Below, piece by piece: positions 27,953 through 36,467 of a stretch of 64,000 nucleotides of DNA. The stretch comes from Myxococcota bacterium (GTDB taxonomy: Bacteria; Myxococcota_A; UBA9160; SMWR01). A program made the position numbers and the translations under genes. Positions within the stretch are counted from its first letter, which is position 1. Each line of letters opens with the position of its first letter. The stretch spans positions 154 through 64,153 of the forward strand of contig DATKND010000056.1 of the NCBI GenBank assembly GCA_035541475.1, written 5' to 3'. The notes beneath the pieces are model-generated. The model did no database searches. It saw only the letters and a list, made by a program, of their open reading frames with translations, and was not told the DNA's origin.

Positions 27953-29178
27953 GCAACGCCGGCGCGCGCGCGGTCTCGGCGGCGGGCTTCGCCGTGCTGC
28001 TGCTCCTCTCGTGGGCGCTCTCGTCCGATCGGCGCCACGTGCCCTGGCGCGTGCTCTTCTGGGGCGTCGCGATCCAGCTCGCTCTCGGGGCGCTGCTCCT
28101 GCTGACCCCCGTCGGCACCGGCTTCTTCGCCGCCATGGACGGGCTGGTCGACGGGCTCTCGCGCGTCACTGAGGCCGGCGTGCGCTTCGTGTTCGGCTCG
28201 CTCGCGGACGCGGGCTTCTCCTTCGCTGTGCACGTGCTGCCCATCATCGTGGTGATGGGGAGCCTCTTCGCCGTCCTCTATCACCTCGGCATCATGCAGC
28301 GCCTCGTCGACTGGATCGGCATCGCGCTAGCGCGCACCATGGGCACCTCGGGCGCGGAGAGCCTGTCCGCGGTGGCCAACGTGCTCCTCGGCATGGTCGA
28401 GTCGGCGCTCGTGGTGCGGCCGTATCTCGAGCGCATGACGCGTTCGGAGCTCTTCTGCGTGATGACGGTCGGGATGGCCGGCGCGGCGGGCTCGGTGCTC
28501 GTCGCCTACGCCGCGATGCTCGGGCCGGGCTACGCGGGCCACCTCGCCACCGCGAGCCTGCTCTCCACGCCGGCCGGCATCCTGGTGGCGAAGATGATGG
28601 TGCCCGAGCGCGAGCGCCCCGTGACCACGGGCGGCGGACACGCGCAGATCGAGCGACTGGGGATCAACGTCTTCGACGCAGCGGCGCAAGGCGCTGCCGA
28701 GGGAATGCGGCTCGCCGCCTACGTCGGCGCGATGCTGGTGGCCTTCGTCGCCCTGATCGAGCTGCTCAACGCCGGCCTCGGCGCCATCGGCGCGCCGCTC
28801 GGCATCGAGGGTCTTTCGCTTCAGCGTGTCTTCGGCGTTCTCTTCGCGCCGTTCGCGTTCCTGATGGGGATCCCGTGGTCGGAGTCGCTCGCGGTCGGCG
28901 GACTCCTCGGCGTGAAGACCGTGCTGAACGAGTTCATCGCCTATCAGGAGCTGGCTGCGCTGTCGCAGCAGGGCGCGCTCACGCCGCGCTCGGTCGCGAT
29001 CACCTCCTACGCGCTGTGCGGCTTTGCGAACTTCGGCTCGCTCGCGATCCTGCTCGGCGGACTCGGCGGGCTCGTCCCCAGCCGACGCGAGGAGGTCGCG
29101 CGCTTCGGATTGCGCAGCATCGCGTCGGGAACTCTCGCATCGTTCATGACCGCTTGCGTGGCGGGAATGCTCCTGTGA
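27949..29178 (+). CDS. NupC/NupG-family (CNT) nucleoside transporter
   Basis: 409 aa from the GTG at 27949 (GTGA overlap). Multi-TM, with C-terminal ...YALCGFANFGSLAILLGGLG typical of CNT carriers. Confidence 0.85.
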   Translation: MSNAGARAVSAAGFAVLLLLSWALSSDRRHVPWRVLFWGVAIQLALGALLLLTPVGTGFFAAMDGLVDGLSRVTEAGVRFVFGSLADAGFSFAVHVLPIIVVMGSLFAVLYHLGIMQRLVDWIGIALARTMGTSGAESLSAVANVLLGMVESALVVRPYLERMTRSELFCVMTVGMAGAAGSVLVAYAAMLGPGYAGHLATASLLSTPAGILVAKMMVPERERPVTTGGGHAQIERLGINVFDAAAQGAAEGMRLAAYVGAMLVAFVALIELLNAGLGAIGAPLGIEGLSLQRVFGVLFAPFAFLMGIPWSESLAVGGLLGVKTVLNEFIAYQELAALSQQGALTPRSVAITSYALCGFANFGSLAILLGGLGGLVPSRREEVARFGLRSIASGTLASFMTACVAGMLL

Positions 29179-29235
29179 TGCGCAAAAGTTGCCGATGAGT
29201 GAAGGCCTCGTGAGCTGTCCTGGTGCGAATCGATC

Positions 29236-31194
29236 GTGGTAGAAAGCACACGAACTGAACGATCGAGCCGAGCGGTCGCGCTGCGACGGCTGCTCCTCGC
29301 TACGTCGCTCTGCGCGTGCGCGGTCGGCGCGCAGCGGGCGTCCGCGCAGTCGCAGCGCTTCGAAGGCGAGACCTATCCGGTGAGCTCCTTTCGCATCGAG
29401 TACGCGCTCGACGCCCCGGGCCAGCCCGATCCCGCGGAGCTGCTCGCCACCGAGATCGAGATGCGCGTTGCGGCGGGCGGCTTGCTGCCGCCGAACCCGG
29501 CTGCGCAGAGCGCGCACTTCCGACTCGACGCGGTACCGCCCGGTTCGCGCTTCTACCCGGCCGGCCTGCGCTACGTGAACCGGATGCTGCTCGCCGAGTT
29601 CACGAAGCGCGGCATCGGCGGTGTGCTGATCACCTTGCCCGAGCTCGACGAGTCGAAGGGCGCCGACCACCGCAAGCCGGGCGACACGTCGCTGCTCGTC
29701 CGTATCTGGACCGGACGCGTCGAGGAGGTCTCGACAGTGGCCGACGGCTCGCGCTACGGCGACGAGTCGATCGCGGAGCGCACGAACCGCGAGGATCAGG
29801 CCTGGATCCGCGACGGCTCGCCGGTGACCGCGGGCGGCGATCGCGCGCTGCTCCGCCCCGAGGACATCGAGGACTACGCGGCGCAGCTATCGCGCCAGCC
29901 CGGTCGTCTCGTCAGCCCCGTGTTGCGGCCCGGCGCGATGGAGGGCGCGACGCGCCTCGAGTATCACGTCGCGGAGCAGAAGCCCTGGCTGGTGTATGCC
30001 GAGGCCTCGAACACGGGCACGCCGGCGACGAGCGACTGGCGCGAGCGCTTCGGCTTCAGCGACACGCAGCTCACCGGTCACGACGACGTGGCGCGCTTCG
30101 AGTACACGACCGACTTCCAGAGCGTGCACGCGATCTGGGGCGAGTACGGGGGACCGGTGTGGCACGTGCCGCGCCTGCGCTGGCGCGTCGACGGCACGTG
30201 GAGCAAGTACGACTCGTCGGAGGTCGGCATCTCCGACATCGATTTCAACGGCGACGAATGGTCGACGAGCGGGCGACTCGACCTCAACGTGTTCCAGCAC
30301 CACGACATCTTCGTGGATCTCTTCGCAGACGCGCGCTGGGAGCGGATCGGGGTCGACAACGGCGCATCGGACCCGAGCCACGTGGAAAGCGACTTCTTCC
30401 TGCCGGGCGCCGGTATCAGCGCGTCGCGCGTCGGCGAGGCCTGGTCCTTCGACGCCGAGGCCGGCGTCTCGCACAACCTCGCCGACTTCGCCGACACGAA
30501 GAGCGGAGCGTCCCTCGCGGCGCTCGGCCGCGAGGATGCCGACCGGAATTTCACGCTCTTCACCTGGCACGCCGAGACCGCCTTCTATCCGCTGACCTTG
30601 CTGCGGCGCGCGAGCTGGCGGCAGGAGTCGGAGCTCGGCGCCTACGACTTCGTGCAGGAGCTCGGCTTCGAGTTCTTCGGCCAGCACTCGTTCGGCGACC
30701 GCCTCGTGCCGCAGCTCCAGCAGGTCGCGGGCGGGCTCTACACCGTGCGGGGATACCAGCAGTCGGTCACGGCCGGCGACACCGTCGCGATCGTGCGCGC
30801 CGAGTACCGCCTGCACCTGCCGCGATTGCTCGAGCCGTCGGCGGACGCTCCCGCCGTGCCGCTGCTTGGCACGTTCCGCGTGCGCCCCGAGAGCGCATTC
30901 GGTCTCCCCGACTGGGACCTGATCGCGCGCGCCTTCGTCGACACCGCGCAGGTCGTTCAATACAAGAGCCCCCACAACACCTGCAGTCCTCCGACGGCGC
31001 TGCAGCCGGGTCGATGCAATCAGCTGAACGAGCCCAACGAGACGCTCCACTCGTTCGGCTTCGGTGGTGAGCTGCGCATCCTCCGGTACTTCTCGGCGCG
31101 CCTCGATCTCGCCTGGCCGCAGCGGCGTCTGGAGAACAACAACCCCGAGCTCGAGAAGCCCATGCTCCAAGGCTCCATCAGCGTGCTCTACTAG
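29236..31194 (+). CDS. two-partner secretion transporter, ShlB/FhaC/HecB (Omp85/TpsB) family, copy 1
   Basis: 652 aa. Signal peptide ...CAVGAQRASA, POTRA-like N-terminal region, beta-barrel with L6 motif TVRGYQQ (30745-30756) and FVDTA strand motif, terminal ...GSISVLY aromatic. GTG start. Confidence 0.85.
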   Translation: MVESTRTERSSRAVALRRLLLATSLCACAVGAQRASAQSQRFEGETYPVSSFRIEYALDAPGQPDPAELLATEIEMRVAAGGLLPPNPAAQSAHFRLDAVPPGSRFYPAGLRYVNRMLLAEFTKRGIGGVLITLPELDESKGADHRKPGDTSLLVRIWTGRVEEVSTVADGSRYGDESIAERTNREDQAWIRDGSPVTAGGDRALLRPEDIEDYAAQLSRQPGRLVSPVLRPGAMEGATRLEYHVAEQKPWLVYAEASNTGTPATSDWRERFGFSDTQLTGHDDVARFEYTTDFQSVHAIWGEYGGPVWHVPRLRWRVDGTWSKYDSSEVGISDIDFNGDEWSTSGRLDLNVFQHHDIFVDLFADARWERIGVDNGASDPSHVESDFFLPGAGISASRVGEAWSFDAEAGVSHNLADFADTKSGASLAALGREDADRNFTLFTWHAETAFYPLTLLRRASWRQESELGAYDFVQELGFEFFGQHSFGDRLVPQLQQVAGGLYTVRGYQQSVTAGDTVAIVRAEYRLHLPRLLEPSADAPAVPLLGTFRVRPESAFGLPDWDLIARAFVDTAQVVQYKSPHNTCSPPTALQPGRCNQLNEPNETLHSFGFGGELRILRYFSARLDLAWPQRRLENNNPELEKPMLQGSISVLY

Positions 31195-31212
31195 AAGGAC
31201 GTGGAGGACCCG

Positions 31213-34200
31213 ATGTCGCAACGCACCCGGATGCTCCGCTCGTCCGCCGCGCGCGGGCTCGCCGCCTGGCTGCTCGCCGGGCTCGTCGTCGCGCCGCCGG
31301 GGCTGCCCGCGGCTCTCGCCGCGCCGAAAGGCGAGAAGGTCGTGCGCGGCAAGGCGACCTTCGTCCGCGACGGCGATCTCACGGTCATCCGTCCGAGCAA
31401 CGGCGCGATCATCGAGTACACCGGCTTCGACATCCTGCAGAACGAGGCGGTGCGCTTCGAGCAGCCGAGCGCGAAGTCGCGCGTGCTGAACCGCGTGTCG
31501 GGTCCCGTGAGCCTGATCGAGGGCAAGCTCTCCTCCAACGGCATCGTCTACATCCTGAACCCCGCCGGTGTCTTCTTCGGCCGCACCGCAGTGGTCGACG
31601 TGAAGGGCCTGATGGCCGCGGGCGGCGATCTCACCAACCGCGACTTCGCGCGCGGCGTCGATCGCTTCGATCTCACGGGCCCGGTCGAGAACCAGGGAAC
31701 CTTGCGCGCCGCCGCCGTGGAGCTCCTCGGCAGGAGCGTGACGAATGGCGGCGAGATCGTGACGCCGAACGGCGTCATCGCGCTCGTGGCCGGCGATCAC
31801 GTCTTGCTGACGAAGCTCGAGGGCGGCATCTCGATCGAGGTCGAGGGTCCGCCCGAGGGCGCGCAGACCGGCATCGAGCAGAGCGGCGTCGTCGACGCGG
31901 GCGCGGGCAGCGCGAATTTCGCGGTCGGCGACCACTACTCGCTCGCGATCAACCACTCCGGCATGACCCGCGCGCGCGACATCGAGCTGACGGGCGGCGA
32001 CGGCGGGCTCGTGCGCGTGGCGGGCACGCTCGACGCCTCGGACGCGACGGCCGGCGCGAAGGGCGGCAGGGTCCGCGCGACCGGCGATCTCGTCTCGCTC
32101 GAGGGCGCGACGCTCGACGCCTCGGGCGCGGCCGGCGGCGGCGAGATCCGCGTCGGCGGAGACGTCCACGGCGCGGGCCCGATGCCGAACGCGCGGCGCA
32201 CCTTCGTCGACGCGCAGAGCACGCTCCGCGCCGACGCGCTCGACTCGGGCGACGGCGGCAGCGCGGTCGTGTACGGCACCGAGGCGACGGGCTTCCTCGG
32301 GACGATCTCCGCGCGCGGCGGCGCCGCCGGCGGCAACGGCGGCTTCGCCGAGCTCTCGAGCGGCGGGCGCCTCGTCGATCAGGGCCACGCCGATCTCGGC
32401 GCGCCGCACGGGTCCGCCGGCACGCTCCTCTACGACCCGCAGGACATCGTGATCGTCGGCGGCACGCAGGACGGCAGCGACCAACCCAACACCGCGTCGG
32501 ATCAGCTCGCGCAGACGACCGCCGGCCAGATCCTCTACGCCGACGTCGGCAGCAGCGGCGAGCCCTTCCAGATCTTCGAGTCGGAGATAGAGGGCACGAA
32601 CGCGAACATCGTGCTCCAGGCTCGCAACAGCATCACGGCGAGCGGGACCTTCGATCACGACGCGGGCGGCGAGGGCGCCGGCGTCGTGGTGCTGAAGTCG
32701 GGCAACGATCTGACGCTCAGCACGCGCAACAACGGCGCCACGTCGACGGATCCGGGAGACGCGGCCGGCTCCACGATGGCGCCGGGCATCGATCTCACCG
32801 GCTCGACGCACGGCGCGAACCTCGAGTTCCGCACGACGGGCGACGGCGTCATCACGATGAATACCGGCAACGGCACGGTCGCCGGCCCCGAGGCGCCGAT
32901 CGTCGTCGGCGTGCTGACGACCGACGGACGCGGCGTGGGACTCATCACCAGGGATGGCGGCATCACCGTCAACCACGTCAGCACCGCGGGCGCGAGCGGC
33001 GCGACCGGCGCCAATGGCGGGAACATCGTGCTCGACGCGAGCGACAAGGACGGCAGCGGCGACTCCAACATTCTCGTGACCGGCGACCTCGTGACGCGCG
33101 GCGGTGACGGCACGACCGGCTCGGGAGGGCGCGGCGGCGTGATCAGCCTGGCGGTGCGCGCGAATCCACCGCCCGATGCGATGACGCCACCCGTCGGCGG
33201 CGGCACGATCACGGTGAACGGAAACATCGATACGCGCGGTGGCAGCACGACCGGCACGAGCGACACGAGCTTCGGCGGGAACGGCGGCGGCGTCAGCATC
33301 CAGGCCACCAACGGCGACATCGTCCTCCACGACATCGATGCGTCCGGCGGCACGACCGCGGGCGGGAAGGAGGCGTCCGGCGGTGGCTCCGGGGGCTTCG
33401 TGGGCATGGAGGCCCAGAACCAGGGCGGGATCACCGTCGGCAAGATCACGAGCCGTGGCGGCGATGCGATCTCGACGAACGCCAGCGACGGCGGCGTCGG
33501 CGGCAGCGTCAGCCTGGTGACACAACACGGCGACGTCGATGTGGGCGCCGTCGACACGAGCGGCGGCGCGACCGACGGCAATCAGCTGGATCCGACGGAT
33601 CCGACCCAGCCGGGCGAGTTCGGCGGCACCGGGGGCGACATCCAGGTCCTCGCGGGCTCGCAGTTCGATCAATCGGGCAGCATCCATCTGAACGGAAACC
33701 TCGTGCTGCTCGGCGGCAGCAAGGGCGCCGCTCCGAATGGCGCCGAAGGCCTCGGCGGCGTCGCCGAGCTGCGCGCGCACGACTCGATCGAGACCGCCGG
33801 ACAGGCGGGGCCAAACATCACGACGCAGGCCAACGTGGTCCTGAACGCGGCCAACGTCGGCGCGGTGTCGCCGATCCTCGTGAGCGGGCAGCGCCCCGGC
33901 GGCGAAGCCTCGCCGAAGGGTCTGCTCGGCCTCGGCGCCGACGAGGTCGCGCGCGTGGTGATCGACGAGGGCACGTTCGACGACATCGAGGTCGTCACGT
34001 TCAGCGGGACCGCAGACATGCAGGTCGTCGAGGGCGCCTCGCCGATCGTGCAGATCCAGAACGCGCAGCTCGTGCTGGCCGACTCGACAGCGCATCACGC
34101 GGATCTCGTGGTCGGCAGGCAGGACCGGCTCGACGGCGCCGCCAACACCCCGAATGCCGACATCAAGAACGACGGCCCGCTGCTCCCCTTCACGATCCAG

Positions 34201-36387
34201 ACGGGCAGCATCAACGCGGGCGGCAACGTGCGCGTCACCTCCGAGGGCGACATCATCGTCGGGACCACTCCGGGGACGGTGGCGACGATGCACGCGCTGC
34301 CGCCCGATCCGGCGCATCCGTCCGACCCCAGCGTCTCGGGCGTCCTGATCCTCGACGCCGATTCCGACCGCGATGGGATCGATAAGAACCCGGACGGGTC
34401 GTTCAAGAATCCGCTTGGCGGCGCGATCATCATGGCCCCCGGTGCATCGCTCGATCTCTTCGGCGGCGCCAGCAAGGCCGGCGGACTCGGCGGTTTCGCC
34501 TCGAGCGGCATCGGCACACCGGCCAATCCGGTCGTGACGGTGGGCGGCGGCCCCGTCGGACTCACGAACCTGGCGGAGAACGGCGTCTATCTCCGCAACG
34601 ACGGCAGCGGCGACCTGCACGTCGCGGACGTCGCAATCCTCGGCGACCCGAACAATCCCAACGACGACATCCGCGTGGTCGGCGTCAGCACGCAGGGTGG
34701 CGACGGCGAGATCGTGGTCGAGAACACCGCCGGCAATCTCGTGCTCGAGCGGAGCGTGCAGACCTCCGGCGCGAAGCAGATCACTGGACCGAACACGGGC
34801 GGAGACATCACGCTGCGCGTGCCGTCGGGCTCTCGCATCGTGTTGAACTCGCCGCCGGCCATCTTCGACGCGGACGCCAACGGCAACCTGACGATCGACG
34901 GCGATGTCACCTTGATGCAAGACGCGCGCGTGCGCAGTCAGCAGGGGAACGTCGTCTTCAACGGCACCATCGACACCGACAGCGACCCGACGCTCGAGAA
35001 CCGCGTGCGCTCGCTCGGCGTGGTCGCGTGCGACACCGCCGAGAAGTGCACGCGGACTCCGGGCACGGCGGGCGACATCGACGTGACCGGCGACATCGGC
35101 GCGACCAAGGATCTGCGCGGTCTGATCTTCGACGGCAACGTCGTGCTCTCGGGCGGCGCGCGCCTCGTGAAGACGACGAACCTGCTGAGCTTCCTCGGCG
35201 ACGTCACCGCCGACGCGCAGGACAGCGCGTCGCTCGACATCGTGGCCGGGCCGAGCGTCTCGTTCATGGGCAACGTCGGAGGCGCCGATCCGACCGATCC
35301 CAGCCATCGCCTCGCCGGATTCTCGATCGCGCACAACGACGATCCACCCTTCGATCCGTCGCTGAACGTGACCCTGCCGCAGCCGGTCGTCATCTTCGGC
35401 GGCGACACCGCGCAGACGGTGCAGACCGGAGCGGGCGGCATCGCCTTCACACCGGATGGCCTGCCGGAAATTCCCAACCGCGCGCAGGTCTCGAAGCGCG
35501 GCGGCGACCTGACCCTCTCGAGCGCAGGCGGCACGATCGACTTCGGGCAGAACCAGAAGCTCTCGGTGCAGGGCCAGGCGGCGATCACGGCCGACCAGGT
35601 TCTGCTCGGCGACGTCAATGCGCTCGGTCTGAACGTCACGTCACCGGACGCGCGCATCCGCGCGCGCGACCCGGGACAGGTGCTCCTCAAGTCGGGCGCG
35701 ACGGTCGAGGACCACGGCGCCGACATCATTGCCAACACCGTCACGTTCTCGTCGGACGTCACCGTCGAGGGCACGGGACCCGCGCCGCGCATCGCGACGC
35801 AGAGCGGGAGCGCGGCGGGCGCGGGCGCGCTCGATGTGCAGACCCTGCCGAATCCCGTGCAGAACAGCGATCTCGAGCGCGGCCGCGGCACCTTGCTCGA
35901 CCTGACCTTCCTGCCGACCGAGCTGCCGAACGAGACGCCGCAGCGCGGCCAGATCGTCGAGGAGATCGTGCCGCTGCGCCGCGCCGATCAGACCGCAGCG
36001 GGCAGCGCGCTCGCCCCGGGCGCCGAGGCGACGCTCGCCTATCTCCGCTGCACGGCCGAGCAGCGCAGCGACTGCGCGGTGGCGCCGGGCTCGCCGCTCG
36101 ATTCGCCGCGCGGCAAGCAGCTGGCCGCGGACTCGGCGCGCCTGCTCGGCGACTCGCCCGAGGCGCACAACCTGCGCGCCGCGCTCGCGCGGCTCGATCC
36201 GGCCGCGCTGCGCGAGCTCGCCGTCTTTCTGACCGAGATGCGGCTGCTCGGACTGAGCGACTCCGAGTACCAGTCGGTACGCGACTCGCTCTATCGCGAG
36301 ATCCTCGCCGACCGCGGTCCGGACGCCCCCGACGCGCGCGCCTTCGCGCAGGCGGTGGAGAGCCAGGCTCGTGGAGTGCCGCTCTGA
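31213..36387 (+). CDS. TpsA-type exoprotein 1 (filamentous haemagglutinin N-terminal/TPS domain protein, 1724 aa)
   Basis: ATG at 31213 preceded by GGAGGA (the track start GTG 31201 lacks an RBS). Signal peptide, then TPS domain GKATFVRDGDLTVIRPS...EAVRFEQPSAKSRVLNRVSG...SSNGIVYILNPAGVFFG. Long Gly-rich beta-helix-like repeats and a distinct C-terminal module. Confidence 0.9.
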   Translation: MSQRTRMLRSSAARGLAAWLLAGLVVAPPGLPAALAAPKGEKVVRGKATFVRDGDLTVIRPSNGAIIEYTGFDILQNEAVRFEQPSAKSRVLNRVSGPVSLIEGKLSSNGIVYILNPAGVFFGRTAVVDVKGLMAAGGDLTNRDFARGVDRFDLTGPVENQGTLRAAAVELLGRSVTNGGEIVTPNGVIALVAGDHVLLTKLEGGISIEVEGPPEGAQTGIEQSGVVDAGAGSANFAVGDHYSLAINHSGMTRARDIELTGGDGGLVRVAGTLDASDATAGAKGGRVRATGDLVSLEGATLDASGAAGGGEIRVGGDVHGAGPMPNARRTFVDAQSTLRADALDSGDGGSAVVYGTEATGFLGTISARGGAAGGNGGFAELSSGGRLVDQGHADLGAPHGSAGTLLYDPQDIVIVGGTQDGSDQPNTASDQLAQTTAGQILYADVGSSGEPFQIFESEIEGTNANIVLQARNSITASGTFDHDAGGEGAGVVVLKSGNDLTLSTRNNGATSTDPGDAAGSTMAPGIDLTGSTHGANLEFRTTGDGVITMNTGNGTVAGPEAPIVVGVLTTDGRGVGLITRDGGITVNHVSTAGASGATGANGGNIVLDASDKDGSGDSNILVTGDLVTRGGDGTTGSGGRGGVISLAVRANPPPDAMTPPVGGGTITVNGNIDTRGGSTTGTSDTSFGGNGGGVSIQATNGDIVLHDIDASGGTTAGGKEASGGGSGGFVGMEAQNQGGITVGKITSRGGDAISTNASDGGVGGSVSLVTQHGDVDVGAVDTSGGATDGNQLDPTDPTQPGEFGGTGGDIQVLAGSQFDQSGSIHLNGNLVLLGGSKGAAPNGAEGLGGVAELRAHDSIETAGQAGPNITTQANVVLNAANVGAVSPILVSGQRPGGEASPKGLLGLGADEVARVVIDEGTFDDIEVVTFSGTADMQVVEGASPIVQIQNAQLVLADSTAHHADLVVGRQDRLDGAANTPNADIKNDGPLLPFTIQTGSINAGGNVRVTSEGDIIVGTTPGTVATMHALPPDPAHPSDPSVSGVLILDADSDRDGIDKNPDGSFKNPLGGAIIMAPGASLDLFGGASKAGGLGGFASSGIGTPANPVVTVGGGPVGLTNLAENGVYLRNDGSGDLHVADVAILGDPNNPNDDIRVVGVSTQGGDGEIVVENTAGNLVLERSVQTSGAKQITGPNTGGDITLRVPSGSRIVLNSPPAIFDADANGNLTIDGDVTLMQDARVRSQQGNVVFNGTIDTDSDPTLENRVRSLGVVACDTAEKCTRTPGTAGDIDVTGDIGATKDLRGLIFDGNVVLSGGARLVKTTNLLSFLGDVTADAQDSASLDIVAGPSVSFMGNVGGADPTDPSHRLAGFSIAHNDDPPFDPSLNVTLPQPVVIFGGDTAQTVQTGAGGIAFTPDGLPEIPNRAQVSKRGGDLTLSSAGGTIDFGQNQKLSVQGQAAITADQVLLGDVNALGLNVTSPDARIRARDPGQVLLKSGATVEDHGADIIANTVTFSSDVTVEGTGPAPRIATQSGSAAGAGALDVQTLPNPVQNSDLERGRGTLLDLTFLPTELPNETPQRGQIVEEIVPLRRADQTAAGSALAPGAEATLAYLRCTAEQRSDCAVAPGSPLDSPRGKQLAADSARLLGDSPEAHNLRAALARLDPAALRELAVFLTEMRLLGLSDSEYQSVRDSLYREILADRGPDAPDARAFAQAVESQARGVPL

Positions 36388-36467
36388 GCTTCGCGCGAGG
36401 CGCAGCCGAGCGGAGTCGATGAGACTAGAATGCCGGCCACCGACGCCCCCGCCTCGGTGCCGTTCCA

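Noticed and set aside
29179-29235. Sigma-54 (GG-N10-GC) promoter for the TPS genes downstream of ntrC
   Set aside because: By manual inspection, the candidates found (e.g. GGTGCC...ATGC at about 36455) have the wrong spacing, and no TGGCAC-N5-TTGC-like match was seen in the three gaps. This was not an exhaustive PWM scan.
29887-35334. 1815-aa minus-strand ORF antisense to tpsB1/tpsA1. Also 36291-38396 (701 aa), 38372-40339 (655 aa) and 40340-45220 (1626 aa), antisense to tpsB2/tpsA2
   Set aside because: These are GC-driven stop-free antisense frames: Arg/Ala/Asp/Gly-rich, low in hydrophobic patterning, with no domains. The sense-strand frames carry clear TPS/ShlB motifs and high GC3.
36388-36467. 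CdiA/CdiI-type contact-dependent inhibition interpretation of the TPS locus
   Set aside because: No VENN/ELYN-like pretoxin junction was seen. There is no variable toxin tip: the C-termini of the two A proteins are homologous to each other. No small immunity ORF follows either tpsA, and the gene order is B-A rather than B-A-I.
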